Shown piece after piece: positions 54,401 through 64,000 of a DNA stretch of 64,000 bases. Numbering within the stretch: position 1 is the stretch's first letter; each line of letters opens with the position of its first letter. Location: positions 1,816 through 65,815 of the forward strand of contig CALEXZ010000030.1 of assembly GCA_937926195.1 (NCBI GenBank), read 5' to 3'. The notes beneath the pieces are model-generated. The model did not search any database. It saw only the letters and a program-made list of their open reading frames with translations, and had not been told where the DNA came from. This DNA is from an uncultured Actinomyces sp. (GTDB lineage Bacteria; Actinomycetota; Actinomycetes; Actinomycetales; Actinomycetaceae). The position numbers and the translations under genes are program-made.

Positions 54401-55664
54401 GCTGCCCCTGTGCGCTCTTCTGGGGTCCCTCGCCCGCGGCGCCCGCGGCCGGCGGGCGCGCGCCGGGCTGGCGGCCGCCGCCGCCGGCCTCGCCCTGGCG
54501 GTCCTCGCCACCCGGACGGCCACCGGCATCGGTACCGAGGTCGACGGCTCCGGCTCCGTCCTCGTGGCCGGGTGGGCCGGGACGGGCCTGAGCATCATGA
54601 CGGCCGGCCTGCTCGCCTCCGCCCTGGCAGGGGCCGACGCCGCCCGGACCTGCCTCGTTCGCCGCGCCTTCGGCTGGCGCCACCTGCTGCTCGGCCCCCT
54701 GGGGGTGGTCTGCGTCCTCGTTCCTGTCCTCGTCGGCGGCGCCTGGGCCCTGGCCGCCCAGCAGGTCGGCCCCGCCAGCCGTACCGACCTCGTCATGGTG
54801 CTTGCACCCGCCTCCCGTCAAGTCCCCGTCATCGCCGCCGAGATCACCGCCTCCGACACCGCCGGACGCGTCCTCGTGCTCACCTCGACCGAGGAGGGCA
54901 TGCGTGTGCGCCTGTGGCACGGCGACGGCACCTCCTACACCGACACCTCCCCGGACGTCCTCAACGCCCAGCTGCACGCCCGTGCCGAGGGCTGGACCGG
55001 GCTTGAGCCCCACCTGTCCGACGCCACCGCGCTCATCCACCACGACGCCACCGGGGCGGCGACCCTGACCGGCGGTCACCTCGACGCCGCCGACGCCGAC
55101 CTCGCCGGGATCGTCGTGCGGGCCGTCTCCGGCCAGGACGGGCAGGTCGCCGACGCCCTGGCAGCCCACGGCGTCGCCGTCGTCCTGCTCAGCGACCGCA
55201 GCGGTGACGAGACGACCGCCGCCGCCCGCGCCGGGCTCGACGCCACCCCCGGCCTGGAGCCCCTGGCCGCCACGGCCTCCGGCACCTCCTGGCGCGTGAG
55301 CCCCACGGGTTCCACCGACGCGGGGGCCGTCATGCTGCACCACGCCGACGGCACGAGCGAGGTCGTCGCCTCCGCCGCCGGTGAGGTCCGCACCCAGCTC
55401 GCCGCCGCCGACGGCGTGCGTACCCTCGTCCTCGCCGAGCGCGCCGACAGCGCCTGGAGCGCCACCCTCGACGGGGCCCCGCTGGCCGTCGTCGACAGCC
55501 CCGGCTGGAACCAGGCCTTCAGCATCCCCGCCGGTGCCTCCGGCGAGCTCGTCGTCCAGCACGACCCCGGCATCGCCCCGGCCGCCCGGACCGTCGTGCT
55601 CACCGTGTGGGCGCTCGCCGCCCTCGCCGCCCTCCCCGTGCGCCGCAGGAGGCACACCGCATGA
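51495..55664 (+). CDS. Large GT2-like membrane protein downstream of whiB
   Basis: WLWLLHDD, GPK, EVDQGQHD, many TMs; acidic low-complexity insertion. Confidence 0.8.
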   Translation: MTPAAEPARTATDPGSRTLAVIVCAGVTPYLARTLRAVASQSRLPDVVLVVDVASRANGLGDGTPVGDAVALSGLDAVCDVRIVRAGEAPTFLAAVDAGLARYGELVAAGNRRRPAGRAGSAPTGSGSAGLSRATSSLAPGRTRVPAGTGEEDLTLAGPDGARSPITRDEARTHGREEWLWLLHDDSAPAPQCLAELLATVEGARSIALAGPKQVGWDDPGTLLEVGLRTTASARRANDIVEGEVDQGQHDSRSDVLAVGTAGALVSRTAWDAVSSSGCGVTTDIDAFGDSLALSRALRLQGHRVVVVPTARLSHRRAAYLGLRGPGAPAPERPARGSEDADQVPPVPVGEPEADPDRSFRARRAAQLRSWATASSAPLPFLLTWFWVLGVARAAWRMVMKSPALARDELAAVAHCLHDAHRVHRDRRRLSALTSVRRGVLAELYLPASEIRAARRDLRRQEREREARAAAPSELELRELAALARRRRRALCLSLLVTAAVGLAGVSHVLVARAVTGGSLASLGGWQQTWQAAWSTWAASGDGYLTGPSPFLAVLTPPLLVGSWLGLDGGALVHLLVVLAVPLAALGAWFAAGTVTRRTSLRAWAALAWALAPTLLLGVGQGRLGPVLVHLVLPWALTALSRAVGADRRDVVLSGLVGAHHVTEEEKAELDRFASETMSALAELADAEDEEGEPTDAEPVDAEDEEDEAPEARADAGEDEPAGTEPADTGTDDSGDTGTEPADARADEEETVAAAPDADGDAPDADGDAPDADGDAPGAGPVDAAAVDEVSGAVVAARNAHEAAVRAATAETYGPGSAAAAAAAGLLLSLVVAVAPSTSLLVLPGLLLLAAGCRRSRARLLLTLLPVVATAAPLLWRAAERATQGSPAGWREALRYLLTDWGAPVAVPGGSGVSLLLGSPVRLSALVEALTGSTVATATDSEVPAGVVLGPLDTGVGPITLAVAALLALLPLCALLGSLARGARGRRARAGLAAAAAGLALAVLATRTATGIGTEVDGSGSVLVAGWAGTGLSIMTAGLLASALAGADAARTCLVRRAFGWRHLLLGPLGVVCVLVPVLVGGAWALAAQQVGPASRTDLVMVLAPASRQVPVIAAEITASDTAGRVLVLTSTEEGMRVRLWHGDGTSYTDTSPDVLNAQLHARAEGWTGLEPHLSDATALIHHDATGAATLTGGHLDAADADLAGIVVRAVSGQDGQVADALAAHGVAVVLLSDRSGDETTAAARAGLDATPGLEPLAATASGTSWRVSPTGSTDAGAVMLHHADGTSEVVASAAGEVRTQLAAADGVRTLVLAERADSAWSATLDGAPLAVVDSPGWNQAFSIPAGASGELVVQHDPGIAPAARTVVLTVWALAALAALPVRRRRHTA
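53760..53826 (+). repeat. 21-bp in-frame tandem repeat x3 (PDADGDA)
   Basis: CCCGACGCCGACGGGGACGCG at 53760, 53781, 53802. Confidence 0.9.
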
Positions 55665-57178
55665 GCCCGACACCGCACCGCACCGCCTCACGGCTGCGCC
55701 GCCCGGCAGCCGTGCTCCTTGGCCTCGGCCTCGTCACCGCCACGGGCGCGCTCACCTGGTGGGGCACCGCCACCCCCGTCCTGCCCTCCACCGCGGTGGG
55801 GGCCGTGGCCCAGCCCGCCCCGCAGTCCGAGACCGTCTACGTCTGCCCCGCGGGCCCCGCCGACACCATCGGCGCCGTCGAGCACGGCCAGACCACCTCC
55901 ACCACTGCCCTCACCCTCCTCACCCAGGGCTCGACCGCCACCTGGGACGGGCAGCGCCTCACCGTCGGCGGGACCACGGTGCTGGAGGAGTCCGACGGCG
56001 GCACCCTCGTCGTCGGGCCCGGGCCCCAGGGCGCGGCCTCCGCCGCGGGCGTGGTCACCACCGTCACCGCAGAGGGCGACCTGCGGGGCCTGAGCACCGC
56101 CTCCTGCGTGCCCCCGCAGGCCGTCGCCTGGATCGTGGGCGGCTCTGCCGCCCCCGGGGCCTCCAGCGAGCTGCGCCTGAGCAACCCGGGCACGACGACG
56201 GTCACCGCCACCGTCACCCTCTACGGCGCCACCGGGGAGGTGGACACCGCGACCGGCAACCTCGTCACCGTTCCCGCAGGCGAGACCGTGCGCGTCCTGC
56301 TCGAGGCCGCCACCTCCCAGGAGCGCCTGGCCCTGTCGGTCGAGGCCGACGGCGGCTCCCTCGCCGCGGTCCTCGTCACCGAGTCCCTCGACGGTGAGAC
56401 GGCCGCCGGCGTGGACATGCTGACCTCGGGCGCCGCCCCCGCCACCGATCTGACCGTTCCCGGCGTCCTCCTCACCGAGCCGTCCGCCCAGGGGCAGGCG
56501 GCCGACGAGACCACCGGCGCCACCTCCTCCGACACGCCCGTGCTGCGCGTGGCCAACCCCGGCGATGGCCCCGCCACCGTGACCGTCAGCACCATCGGGG
56601 CCGACGGCGAGACCCCCCTGCCCGGTGCGACCGCGCTCGTCGTCGACCCCGGGGCCGTCTTCGACGTCTCCCTGGCGGGAATCGCCCCGGGCGCCTACGG
56701 GATCCGGCTGAGCTCCGACACCCCGGTCACCGGCGCCGTGCGCCTGGTGCGCAGCGCCGGGGAGCACCCCGAGCGCTCAGGGGCCCTCGTCCACGACGTC
56801 GCCTGGGCGCAGGCGCAGACCGCGGCGGCCACACGCTCGGGCGCCGTCGCCGTGCCGCAGGGACAGGACCTGTCCCACACCCTGGTCCTGACCAACACGG
56901 CCTCCGCAGACACGACCGTCACCCTGTCCGCCCAGGACGGCACCCGCCTGGCCGAGGTCAGCGTGCCCGGCTCCACGACGGTGTCCCTTGACCTGGCGGA
57001 GCTCGAGGACGAGGCCCCGCGCGTCATCGCCCTCAGCGCGGGCGAGGGCGCCGAGGTGGTCAGCGCGCTCGTGACCACCATCGACACCGAGGGGGAGGCC
57101 GCCGGCACCCTCATCGGGGTGCTCACCCCCGTGACCGACGCCGCCAGCGCCTCGGCCCGCCAGCTCCTCCTGCGCTGA
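55661..57178 (+). CDS. DUF5719-like membrane-anchored extracellular protein
   Basis: N-terminal TM, CP motif, two L.L.NPG-like segments; ATGA overlap with the large GT2. Confidence 0.7.
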   Translation: MSPTPHRTASRLRRPAAVLLGLGLVTATGALTWWGTATPVLPSTAVGAVAQPAPQSETVYVCPAGPADTIGAVEHGQTTSTTALTLLTQGSTATWDGQRLTVGGTTVLEESDGGTLVVGPGPQGAASAAGVVTTVTAEGDLRGLSTASCVPPQAVAWIVGGSAAPGASSELRLSNPGTTTVTATVTLYGATGEVDTATGNLVTVPAGETVRVLLEAATSQERLALSVEADGGSLAAVLVTESLDGETAAGVDMLTSGAAPATDLTVPGVLLTEPSAQGQAADETTGATSSDTPVLRVANPGDGPATVTVSTIGADGETPLPGATALVVDPGAVFDVSLAGIAPGAYGIRLSSDTPVTGAVRLVRSAGEHPERSGALVHDVAWAQAQTAAATRSGAVAVPQGQDLSHTLVLTNTASADTTVTLSAQDGTRLAEVSVPGSTTVSLDLAELEDEAPRVIALSAGEGAEVVSALVTTIDTEGEAAGTLIGVLTPVTDAASASARQLLLR

Positions 57179-57222
57179 GGCGCGACCAGGGAGCGCCAGG
57201 ATCCCCCGGGGCCGAGCGCGCC

Positions 57223-57672
57223 TCAGTAGCCGTGCGGGTCGATCTCCTCGGGGCGACGCCCCAGCATGAGGGCGACCTGCTCCACCACGACCCGGTGCAC
57301 GAGCTCAGCGAGATCCTCCTCGCCGTCGGCGCGCGAGACCACGGGCCTGCGGTAGACGACGACGCGGGCGGGCAGCCCGGCCCGGGGCTCGGCCGCGAAA
57401 CCGCGCCCGAGGACGATGCCGTGCTCCCACGGGGCGGGGTCCGAGGGCGGGACCTCCTCGACGGCGAACTGGATGCTCTCCACCTGGGGCACGCGGCGCG
57501 CCAGCGCGTCCGCCGTCTGGCCCACGAGCTCGTCGAAGCGCTCGGCGCGGGTGCGCCACGCCGGAAGGAAGGGGGGCAGCAACGGCCCCCTCGGCCCGCG
57601 CCCGTGGCGGTCACGACGACGGGCCGGGGACGGCACCGGGGCGGGGGAGCGACGAGAGGCGGAGGAGGTCAC
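57223..57672 (-). CDS. Zincin-like (DUF1025-type) protein lacking HExxH
   Basis: RRDRHGRG.RGPL, FAVEEVP, VVYRRP, VVVEQVA..LG..PEEIDP. Confidence 0.75.
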   Translation of the reverse strand: MTSSASRRSPAPVPSPARRRDRHGRGPRGPLLPPFLPAWRTRAERFDELVGQTADALARRVPQVESIQFAVEEVPPSDPAPWEHGIVLGRGFAAEPRAGLPARVVVYRRPVVSRADGEEDLAELVHRVVVEQVALMLGRRPEEIDPHGY

Positions 57673-57739
57673 GCGCCCAGACTACGCAGGAGCGGGTGGC
57701 GTTCTCGCGACCTGGCCGCGGTGGCGGTAGCCTGCCCGG

Positions 57740-58192
57740 GTGAGACGAGTCCGAAGCTGCCGCCGACCCGGGTGCGAGAACCCCGCCGTCGCCACCCTGA
57801 CGAGCGTGTACGCGGACTCCACCATCGTCATCGGGCCGCTCGCCACCGAGCGCCAGCCCGAGGCCTACGACCTGTGCGCCCGGCACGTGGAGTCCTTCAC
57901 CGCCCCGCGGGGCTGGCAGGTCATCCGCCTGGCGACGAGCTTCGAGCCGGCCCCGCCCAGCGAGGACGACCTCACGGCCCTGGCCGACGCCGTCCGCGAC
58001 GCCTCGCGCAGCCCCCGCCCCCGCCCCCAGCCGGCCGAGCACGCCGGGCGGCCGGGCGGCATCGTGCCGTCCTCCCTCACCGCCCGCGCACCGGCGCCCG
58101 ACCTCCTGCCCGACCACCTCGCCGGCCTCGGCGACGGCGAGATCCTGCGGCGCGGGCACCTGAGGGTGCTGCGCGGCGAGAAGGAGGACTGA
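57740..58192 (+). CDS. DUF3499-family protein
   Basis: C.RPGC...AVATLT..YADST..IGPL..YDLC..H..AP.GW; C-terminal HLRVL. Confidence 0.85.
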   Translation: MRRVRSCRRPGCENPAVATLTSVYADSTIVIGPLATERQPEAYDLCARHVESFTAPRGWQVIRLATSFEPAPPSEDDLTALADAVRDASRSPRPRPQPAEHAGRPGGIVPSSLTARAPAPDLLPDHLAGLGDGEILRRGHLRVLRGEKED

Positions 58193-58195
58193 GAC

Positions 58196-58411
58196 ATGAC
58201 CCAGCACCCCGGCCCCGCCGCACCGGCTCTGGCCCCGGCCTTTCGCGCGCTGCTGCGCTGCCCCGTCACCGGCGAGGAGCTGGTCGACGCCGTCGGAGCC
58301 GACGGCGTCCCGGTGCTGCTGTCCCTGGGAGCGGGTCTGGCGTACCCCGTGCGCGAGGGGGTACCCGTCCTGCTCGCCCACGAGGCGCGCCCACTCGACC
58401 CGGCGAGCTGA
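58196..58411 (+). CDS. Trm112-like small protein
   Basis: LLRCPVT...L...AYPVREGVPVLL..EAR; AAGGAGG RBS. Confidence 0.8.
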   Translation: MTQHPGPAAPALAPAFRALLRCPVTGEELVDAVGADGVPVLLSLGAGLAYPVREGVPVLLAHEARPLDPAS

Positions 58412-58483
58412 ACCCGGGCCAGCGGCGCGGCTGCTGAGCCGGGCGTCGCCCGGCCACCGGTCCCGACGGCGGCCGGGCCCCGC

Positions 58484-59353
58484 TCACTGCTGCGGCGTGC
58501 CGATGCCGTAGGGAAGCCGGGAGGTGAGCAGGGCGCTGCGCTCCTCCGCCTGACGGTCGCGCAGGGCCATCGCCAGCTCGCGGTCGCGCCGTTCGCACAG
58601 CACCGCCGCCAGGAAGCGCTCGGGGTGCGTGCCCGCGGGCGGAGCGGGCGCCACGAAAGGACGCACCTTCGCGGCCAGGTCGACGCCCAGGCGCATCCTG
58701 TGCTCAGGATGCAGCGAGGACGCGCGCTGCAGGAAGGTCTTGGAGACGAGCGCCAGGTCGCCCGGCAGCGCCCGCACGTCGGCCTCGCACGCCCACGCGG
58801 ACAGCTCCGGGGGCATGAGCAGCGGCGGGGCGTCAGCCGAGCCCGCGCGCTCGCGGACCACGTAGGTACCCGCCAGCAGGTCACCCAGACGCTTGCCGCG
58901 GCGCGTGACCAGGCAGGCCCCCAGCGCCGGGACGGCTCCCAGCATCCAGATCTCCACCGCGCCCACGAGCACACGCACAAGGCTGTGGCGCAGACGGATC
59001 GAGCCCCCGTCGTCGCGCACGACCCGCGAGCCGGTGACCAGGCGCCCGGCGCTGAGGCCGCGCGAGAGGACCTCCACCGTCAACGGGACGACAACGATCC
59101 ACAGCAGGAGGATGAGCGACATGTGGGTCATGGCGGCGGCCGTGCTCGTCGTCTTCGCGCTGCCGGGGCCCCTCGACCCCCAGGTGACGAGGGTCAGGAT
59201 GAGACCGACACCGTAGATCGAGTAGTCGATGAGGGCGCTCAGCAGCCGCACGCCCGCGGTCGCCGGGACGATATCGACGACGACGGCCTCACCGGTGACC
59301 AGACGGTCCGGTGTCATCATCCGCTCGGACGAAGTCGTAGAACCCGTCACCAT
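58484..59353 (-). CDS. RDD-family membrane protein
   Basis: LVTGEAV, R.LSALID, RVVRDDG, KRLGDLLAGT.VV. Confidence 0.88.
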   Translation of the reverse strand: MVTGSTTSSERMMTPDRLVTGEAVVVDIVPATAGVRLLSALIDYSIYGVGLILTLVTWGSRGPGSAKTTSTAAAMTHMSLILLLWIVVVPLTVEVLSRGLSAGRLVTGSRVVRDDGGSIRLRHSLVRVLVGAVEIWMLGAVPALGACLVTRRGKRLGDLLAGTYVVRERAGSADAPPLLMPPELSAWACEADVRALPGDLALVSKTFLQRASSLHPEHRMRLGVDLAAKVRPFVAPAPPAGTHPERFLAAVLCERRDRELAMALRDRQAEERSALLTSRLPYGIGTPQQ

Positions 59354-59367
59354 GTCACACTCCCTGT

Positions 59368-60363
59368 GTGGATATCGATGCCTTCAGCGCCTCGCGCCGG
59401 GACCAGTGGGACCGGCTCGATGAACTCACCCGCTGTCGCACCCTCTCGGGGGCGCAGGCCGACGAGCTCGTCTCCCTCTACCGCGGTGCGGCCCGGGACC
59501 TGTCGCGTGTACGCACCCAGGCCCCCGACCCGCAGGTGCTCGCCGAGCTCTCCCGGCGCGTGGCCGGGGCCCGCGGAAAGGTGACGGGCACCCGCGAGCT
59601 GCGGACCTCGGACGCGCGCCGCTACCTCCTGCAGACGGTGCCCGCGGCCCTGTACCGGCAGCGCTGGTGGACTGTCGGGGTCATGGCCGTCGAGATCGCC
59701 ATCGCCGTCATCGTGGCCGTGTGGACCCTGCGCAGCCCCGAGGCGATGAGTGCGCTGGGCAGCCCCAGCAAGCTCGACGCCTACGCCAACAAGGCCTTCG
59801 AGTCCTACTACTCCACCTACGACCCGGGTGACTTCGCCAGCCAGGTGTGGACGAACAACGCGCGCCTCGCCGTCATCTGCGTCGCCAGCGGCATCACCGG
59901 CTTCCTGCCCGCCTACGTGCTGTGGGTCAACGCGGTCAGCCTCGGGCAGGCGGCCGCCATCATGGCCGACCACGGCCTGCTGGGGCACTTCTTCGCCCTC
60001 ATCAGCCCGCACGGCCTGCTCGAGCTCACCTGCGTGTTCATCGCCGGGGGCGCCGGGCTGCGGTTGTTCTGGACCATGCTCGTGCCCGGGCCGCGGCCGC
60101 GCGGCGTCGCCCTGGCCGAGGCGGGCCGGGCGCTCATCGCCGTCGCCGTGGCCATGACCGGGGCGCTGGCGGTCGCCGGCGCGGTCGAGGCCTTCGTCAC
60201 CCCGGCGCCGGTGCCCTGGGTCCTGAAGGTCGCCGTGGGCGTGCTCGTCCTCGCGGTCCTGTGGGCCTACACCCTCGTCATCGGCGGCCGTGCCGCGCGC
60301 GCGGGCGTCACCGGGGACCTGGACGAGGAGGAGGCGGGCGCCGTCGGCCTCACCGTCGGCTGA
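59368..60363 (+). CDS. SpoIIM (DUF95)-family membrane protein
   Basis: MDIDAF.....WDRL, VWTNN, PHGLLEL, EAFVT. Confidence 0.88.
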   Translation: MDIDAFSASRRDQWDRLDELTRCRTLSGAQADELVSLYRGAARDLSRVRTQAPDPQVLAELSRRVAGARGKVTGTRELRTSDARRYLLQTVPAALYRQRWWTVGVMAVEIAIAVIVAVWTLRSPEAMSALGSPSKLDAYANKAFESYYSTYDPGDFASQVWTNNARLAVICVASGITGFLPAYVLWVNAVSLGQAAAIMADHGLLGHFFALISPHGLLELTCVFIAGGAGLRLFWTMLVPGPRPRGVALAEAGRALIAVAVAMTGALAVAGAVEAFVTPAPVPWVLKVAVGVLVLAVLWAYTLVIGGRAARAGVTGDLDEEEAGAVGLTVG

Positions 60364-60491
60364 GCCGTGGCGGGCGGTGCTCCTGGCGGCCGGGTGCCGC
60401 GCGGGAGCGGGGGCACGGGGCGTGCGAGGCACGAGGACACCCCCTGCCGCGCACGATCCCGACCGCGTCCTCAGGCGCGAGCGACCCGCCG

Positions 60492-61784
60492 TCACAGCCG
60501 CCCCGCCCGCTTGAGCTCCAGGTAGGTGTCGGCGACCCGGGGCGCCACCTCGGCCGGCACCGCCTCGACGACCTCCACGCCCGCGCGACGCAGACGCTCA
60601 CGCACCACCGCCAGCTCAAGCAGGTCGCGTTCGGCGGCCGCGGCCGTGAAGACGGCCTCCGGGTCACCGCGAGTGGCGCGCAGGACCTCAAGGTCAGGGT
60701 CTGTGACCGAGGCCAGCAGGACCGTGTGGTCCCGGGCCATGGCGGCCAGCACCCGCATCATGACGGCGTCCACGCAGGAGCCGTCCAGACCCGTGAGCAC
60801 GACGACGAGAGCCCGCTGGCTCAGGCTCCGCGAGACCACCTGGCCGACCAGGCCCCAGTCGGTCTCCGTCACGGCCGCGTCCACCGGGGCGAGCGCGTCC
60901 GCCAGGGCGCTGATGAGCGCGGGACCGCTCAGGCCACGGACCTGGGCGCGCTGGCGCTCGTCGACGGCGACGACGTCCACCCTGTCCCCGGCGTGAGAGG
61001 CGAGCGCGGTCAGCAGCAGGGTCGTCTCGATCTGCGTGTCCAGGCGGGGCGCGCCGCCCACCCGGGCCGCGGACATGCGCCCGGTGTCCAGCACGATGAG
61101 CACCCGCCGGTCCCGTTCGGGACGCCAGGTGCGCACGACGACCTCACCGCGCCGGGCGGTGGAGCGCCAGTCGATGGAGCGCACGTCGTCACCGATGACG
61201 TACTCGCGCAGGGAGTCGAACTCGGTTCCCGCGCCTCGGACCATGACGGCGCTGCGTCCGTCCATCTCGCGCAGGCGCGCCAGGCGGCTGGGAAGGTGGC
61301 GGCGGGAGATGAAGGCGGGCAGGACCCGCAGGCGTGAGGGCGCGGTCATCGAGACCTGCCGACCCGCCAGGCCCAGGGGCCCGAGCGAGCGGACGGTGAC
61401 GAGGTCGGCCTCGCGGTCGCCACGGCGGGTCGGACGCAGCGTCGTGCGGGTGCGCCGACGCTCGCCCGCGGGCAGCGTGAGCGTGCTGCGCTCGCCGGTG
61501 GCGCCCGCAGAGGGCGGCCAGGCGTCGCGCACGAGCAGCCTCATGGTGCGCTTGGAGGTGGAGGCCACCGTCAGGCGTGTCGTCGTCGACTCACCCAGTC
61601 GGACGGTGCGCGGGGTCGAGCGCTCCACCTCCAGGCCGCGCGGGGAGGGGGCGGCGGCGACGTCGACGACGATGAGGAGCATGACGACGACGCTCCAGGT
61701 GACCACCGTCAGAGGCCTGGGGACGAGCAGGACAAGGAGCAGTCCGACGCCAGCCAGCCAGGCGCTACGGGAGGTGAGGTACAC
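60492..61784 (-). CDS. DUF58 / vWA-like protein (MoxR partner)
   Basis: [30 protein letters not shown]. Confidence 0.9.
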   Translation of the reverse strand: MYLTSRSAWLAGVGLLLVLLVPRPLTVVTWSVVVMLLIVVDVAAAPSPRGLEVERSTPRTVRLGESTTTRLTVASTSKRTMRLLVRDAWPPSAGATGERSTLTLPAGERRRTRTTLRPTRRGDREADLVTVRSLGPLGLAGRQVSMTAPSRLRVLPAFISRRHLPSRLARLREMDGRSAVMVRGAGTEFDSLREYVIGDDVRSIDWRSTARRGEVVVRTWRPERDRRVLIVLDTGRMSAARVGGAPRLDTQIETTLLLTALASHAGDRVDVVAVDERQRAQVRGLSGPALISALADALAPVDAAVTETDWGLVGQVVSRSLSQRALVVVLTGLDGSCVDAVMMRVLAAMARDHTVLLASVTDPDLEVLRATRGDPEAVFTAAAAERDLLELAVVRERLRRAGVEVVEAVPAEVAPRVADTYLELKRAGRL

Positions 61785-61866
61785 CGGGACTCCTTCCAGG
61801 CGCGTGAGGTCAAGGGGGGTGCGGTGGGCGGTGGCGCGGAGAGGGCCGGGCCGCCCGTGACGGGGG

Positions 61867-62852
<986 letters not shown>

Positions 62853-62856
<4 letters not shown>

Positions 62857-64000
62857 CGGGAGATGACCTCGCTCTCAAGTTGGTCGAGCTGGACAGCCAG
62901 GACCGTGAGGTCCTGGGCGTTGGCAGGGGTGGGGCCGCACAGGAGCCTCTGGACGGCATGATCAGGCAGTCCGGAGGCGGTGCTCACGGCGTCGACGAGC
63001 ACGGCGCTGTCGGAGGAGGCGGGCACACCCAGGCGGCGCCCCAGGCGCAGGGCGGTCCCCGCGCGCAGGGCGGTGGCGGAGCGCTCAAGGTCGTGGGCAC
63101 GGCGGTACAGGCGTCCACGGCCGCGGGTCGTCTCGGTGGCGCGCACGATGACAGGCAGGTCCTCCTCCACGAGGCGGCCCGTGCGTCGGCCCTGCGCGAC
63201 GGCGAGGACGGTGACGACGACGGTGGCCTGGAGGAGGAAGGGAAGGAGCCAGGGCGGCAGCGAGACGGTGTCCCACACGGAGGTGCTACCGGTCAGGGCG
63301 GCGCCGTCGGCCCACAGCACGTGCTCGTGGTGTCCCAGGGCGCGTATCGCCAGCGCGGCGTTCCCGGCGGTGGTCAGCCGGTCGTTGGTGAGCATGTCGG
63401 GGTCGGCGATGAGCCGCACGGTCGTGCCGTTGTCACGCTCGACGGCCGCATAGGCGTACAGGCGGGCGCTCTCGGACACGGGGAAGCAGCCCAGGCCGTT
63501 CGCCCCCTCGGGCAGTGCGATTGAGCTGTCGGTGCCGTCGAGGCTGCCCGCAGCGACGGCGTCGGGATCCGTGCACTGGGCGTCGAGCCCGGTGCCGGCG
63601 GGAATGCTGGCACCGGCGGGAACGGGAGAGGCCTGGGTGGGGACGAAGAGGCCGTCGAGGTCCTGGTAGCGCGTGCCGACGACGGTGATGTCCGCGCCGA
63701 GCGAGGCCAGGCGCTGCCGGTCCGCCTTGCTCAGGAGGCTGGCGTTGACCAGCGCGATGGTGGTGCCCGGTCCCGCCCCCTCGACGAGCTCGGCCATGGT
63801 GGTGGGGGAGTCGACGTCGATCCCCTCGTGGCGCAGCAGCTCGGCCAGCGCCATGGTGCCGTTGGCGTGAGGGTTGTTGATGGCGTAGTCCACCTTGGAG
63901 GTGCTGGGCGGGGCGAACAGGGACGTGACGACGGTGACCGCGGCCAGCAGCGCCAGGGCCGACAGGACCGGCCGCCAGGCGTGCAGCCGCTCGCCCCAGG
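62853..64000 (-). CDS. DUF4350-like protein (5' end outside window)
   Basis: NP..NG..AL..LL, N......GNAA, E.LPV.VRA.ET..GR..LY; frame open to the window edge. Confidence 0.75.

Overview
Very GC-rich actinobacterial chromosome segment; gene content and synteny look Actinomyces-like (an inference, not a database match). Bases ~1-50,200 form one large cell-wall glycopolymer region: dTDP-rhamnose genes in three places (rmlB, rmlC-rmlD fusion, rmlA), a probable dTDP-6-deoxy-L-talose reductase, glf, a nucleotide-sugar dehydrogenase, two RgpF-type rhamnan proteins, Wzm/Wzt, a Wzx-like flippase, many GT2/GT4 enzymes, five large GT-C-like membrane proteins, two acyltransferase-3 genes and an asparagine-synthase-like amidotransferase. 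The most striking content is an apparently complete pneumococcus-style phosphorylcholine (ChoP) cycle: an HTH-LicC-LicA fusion, a LicB-like transporter, LicD coupled to a flippase, a Pce/CbpE-like ChoP esterase, and two peptidoglycan hydrolases with choline-binding-type repeats. Bases ~50,200-64,000 are conserved actinobacterial core (TIGR03089, whiB, large GT2, DUF5719, DUF3499, Trm112-like, RDD/SpoIIM/DUF58/MoxR/DUF4350). No rRNA, tRNA, CRISPR array, transposase or integrase was seen. All family calls are by-eye motif recognition.
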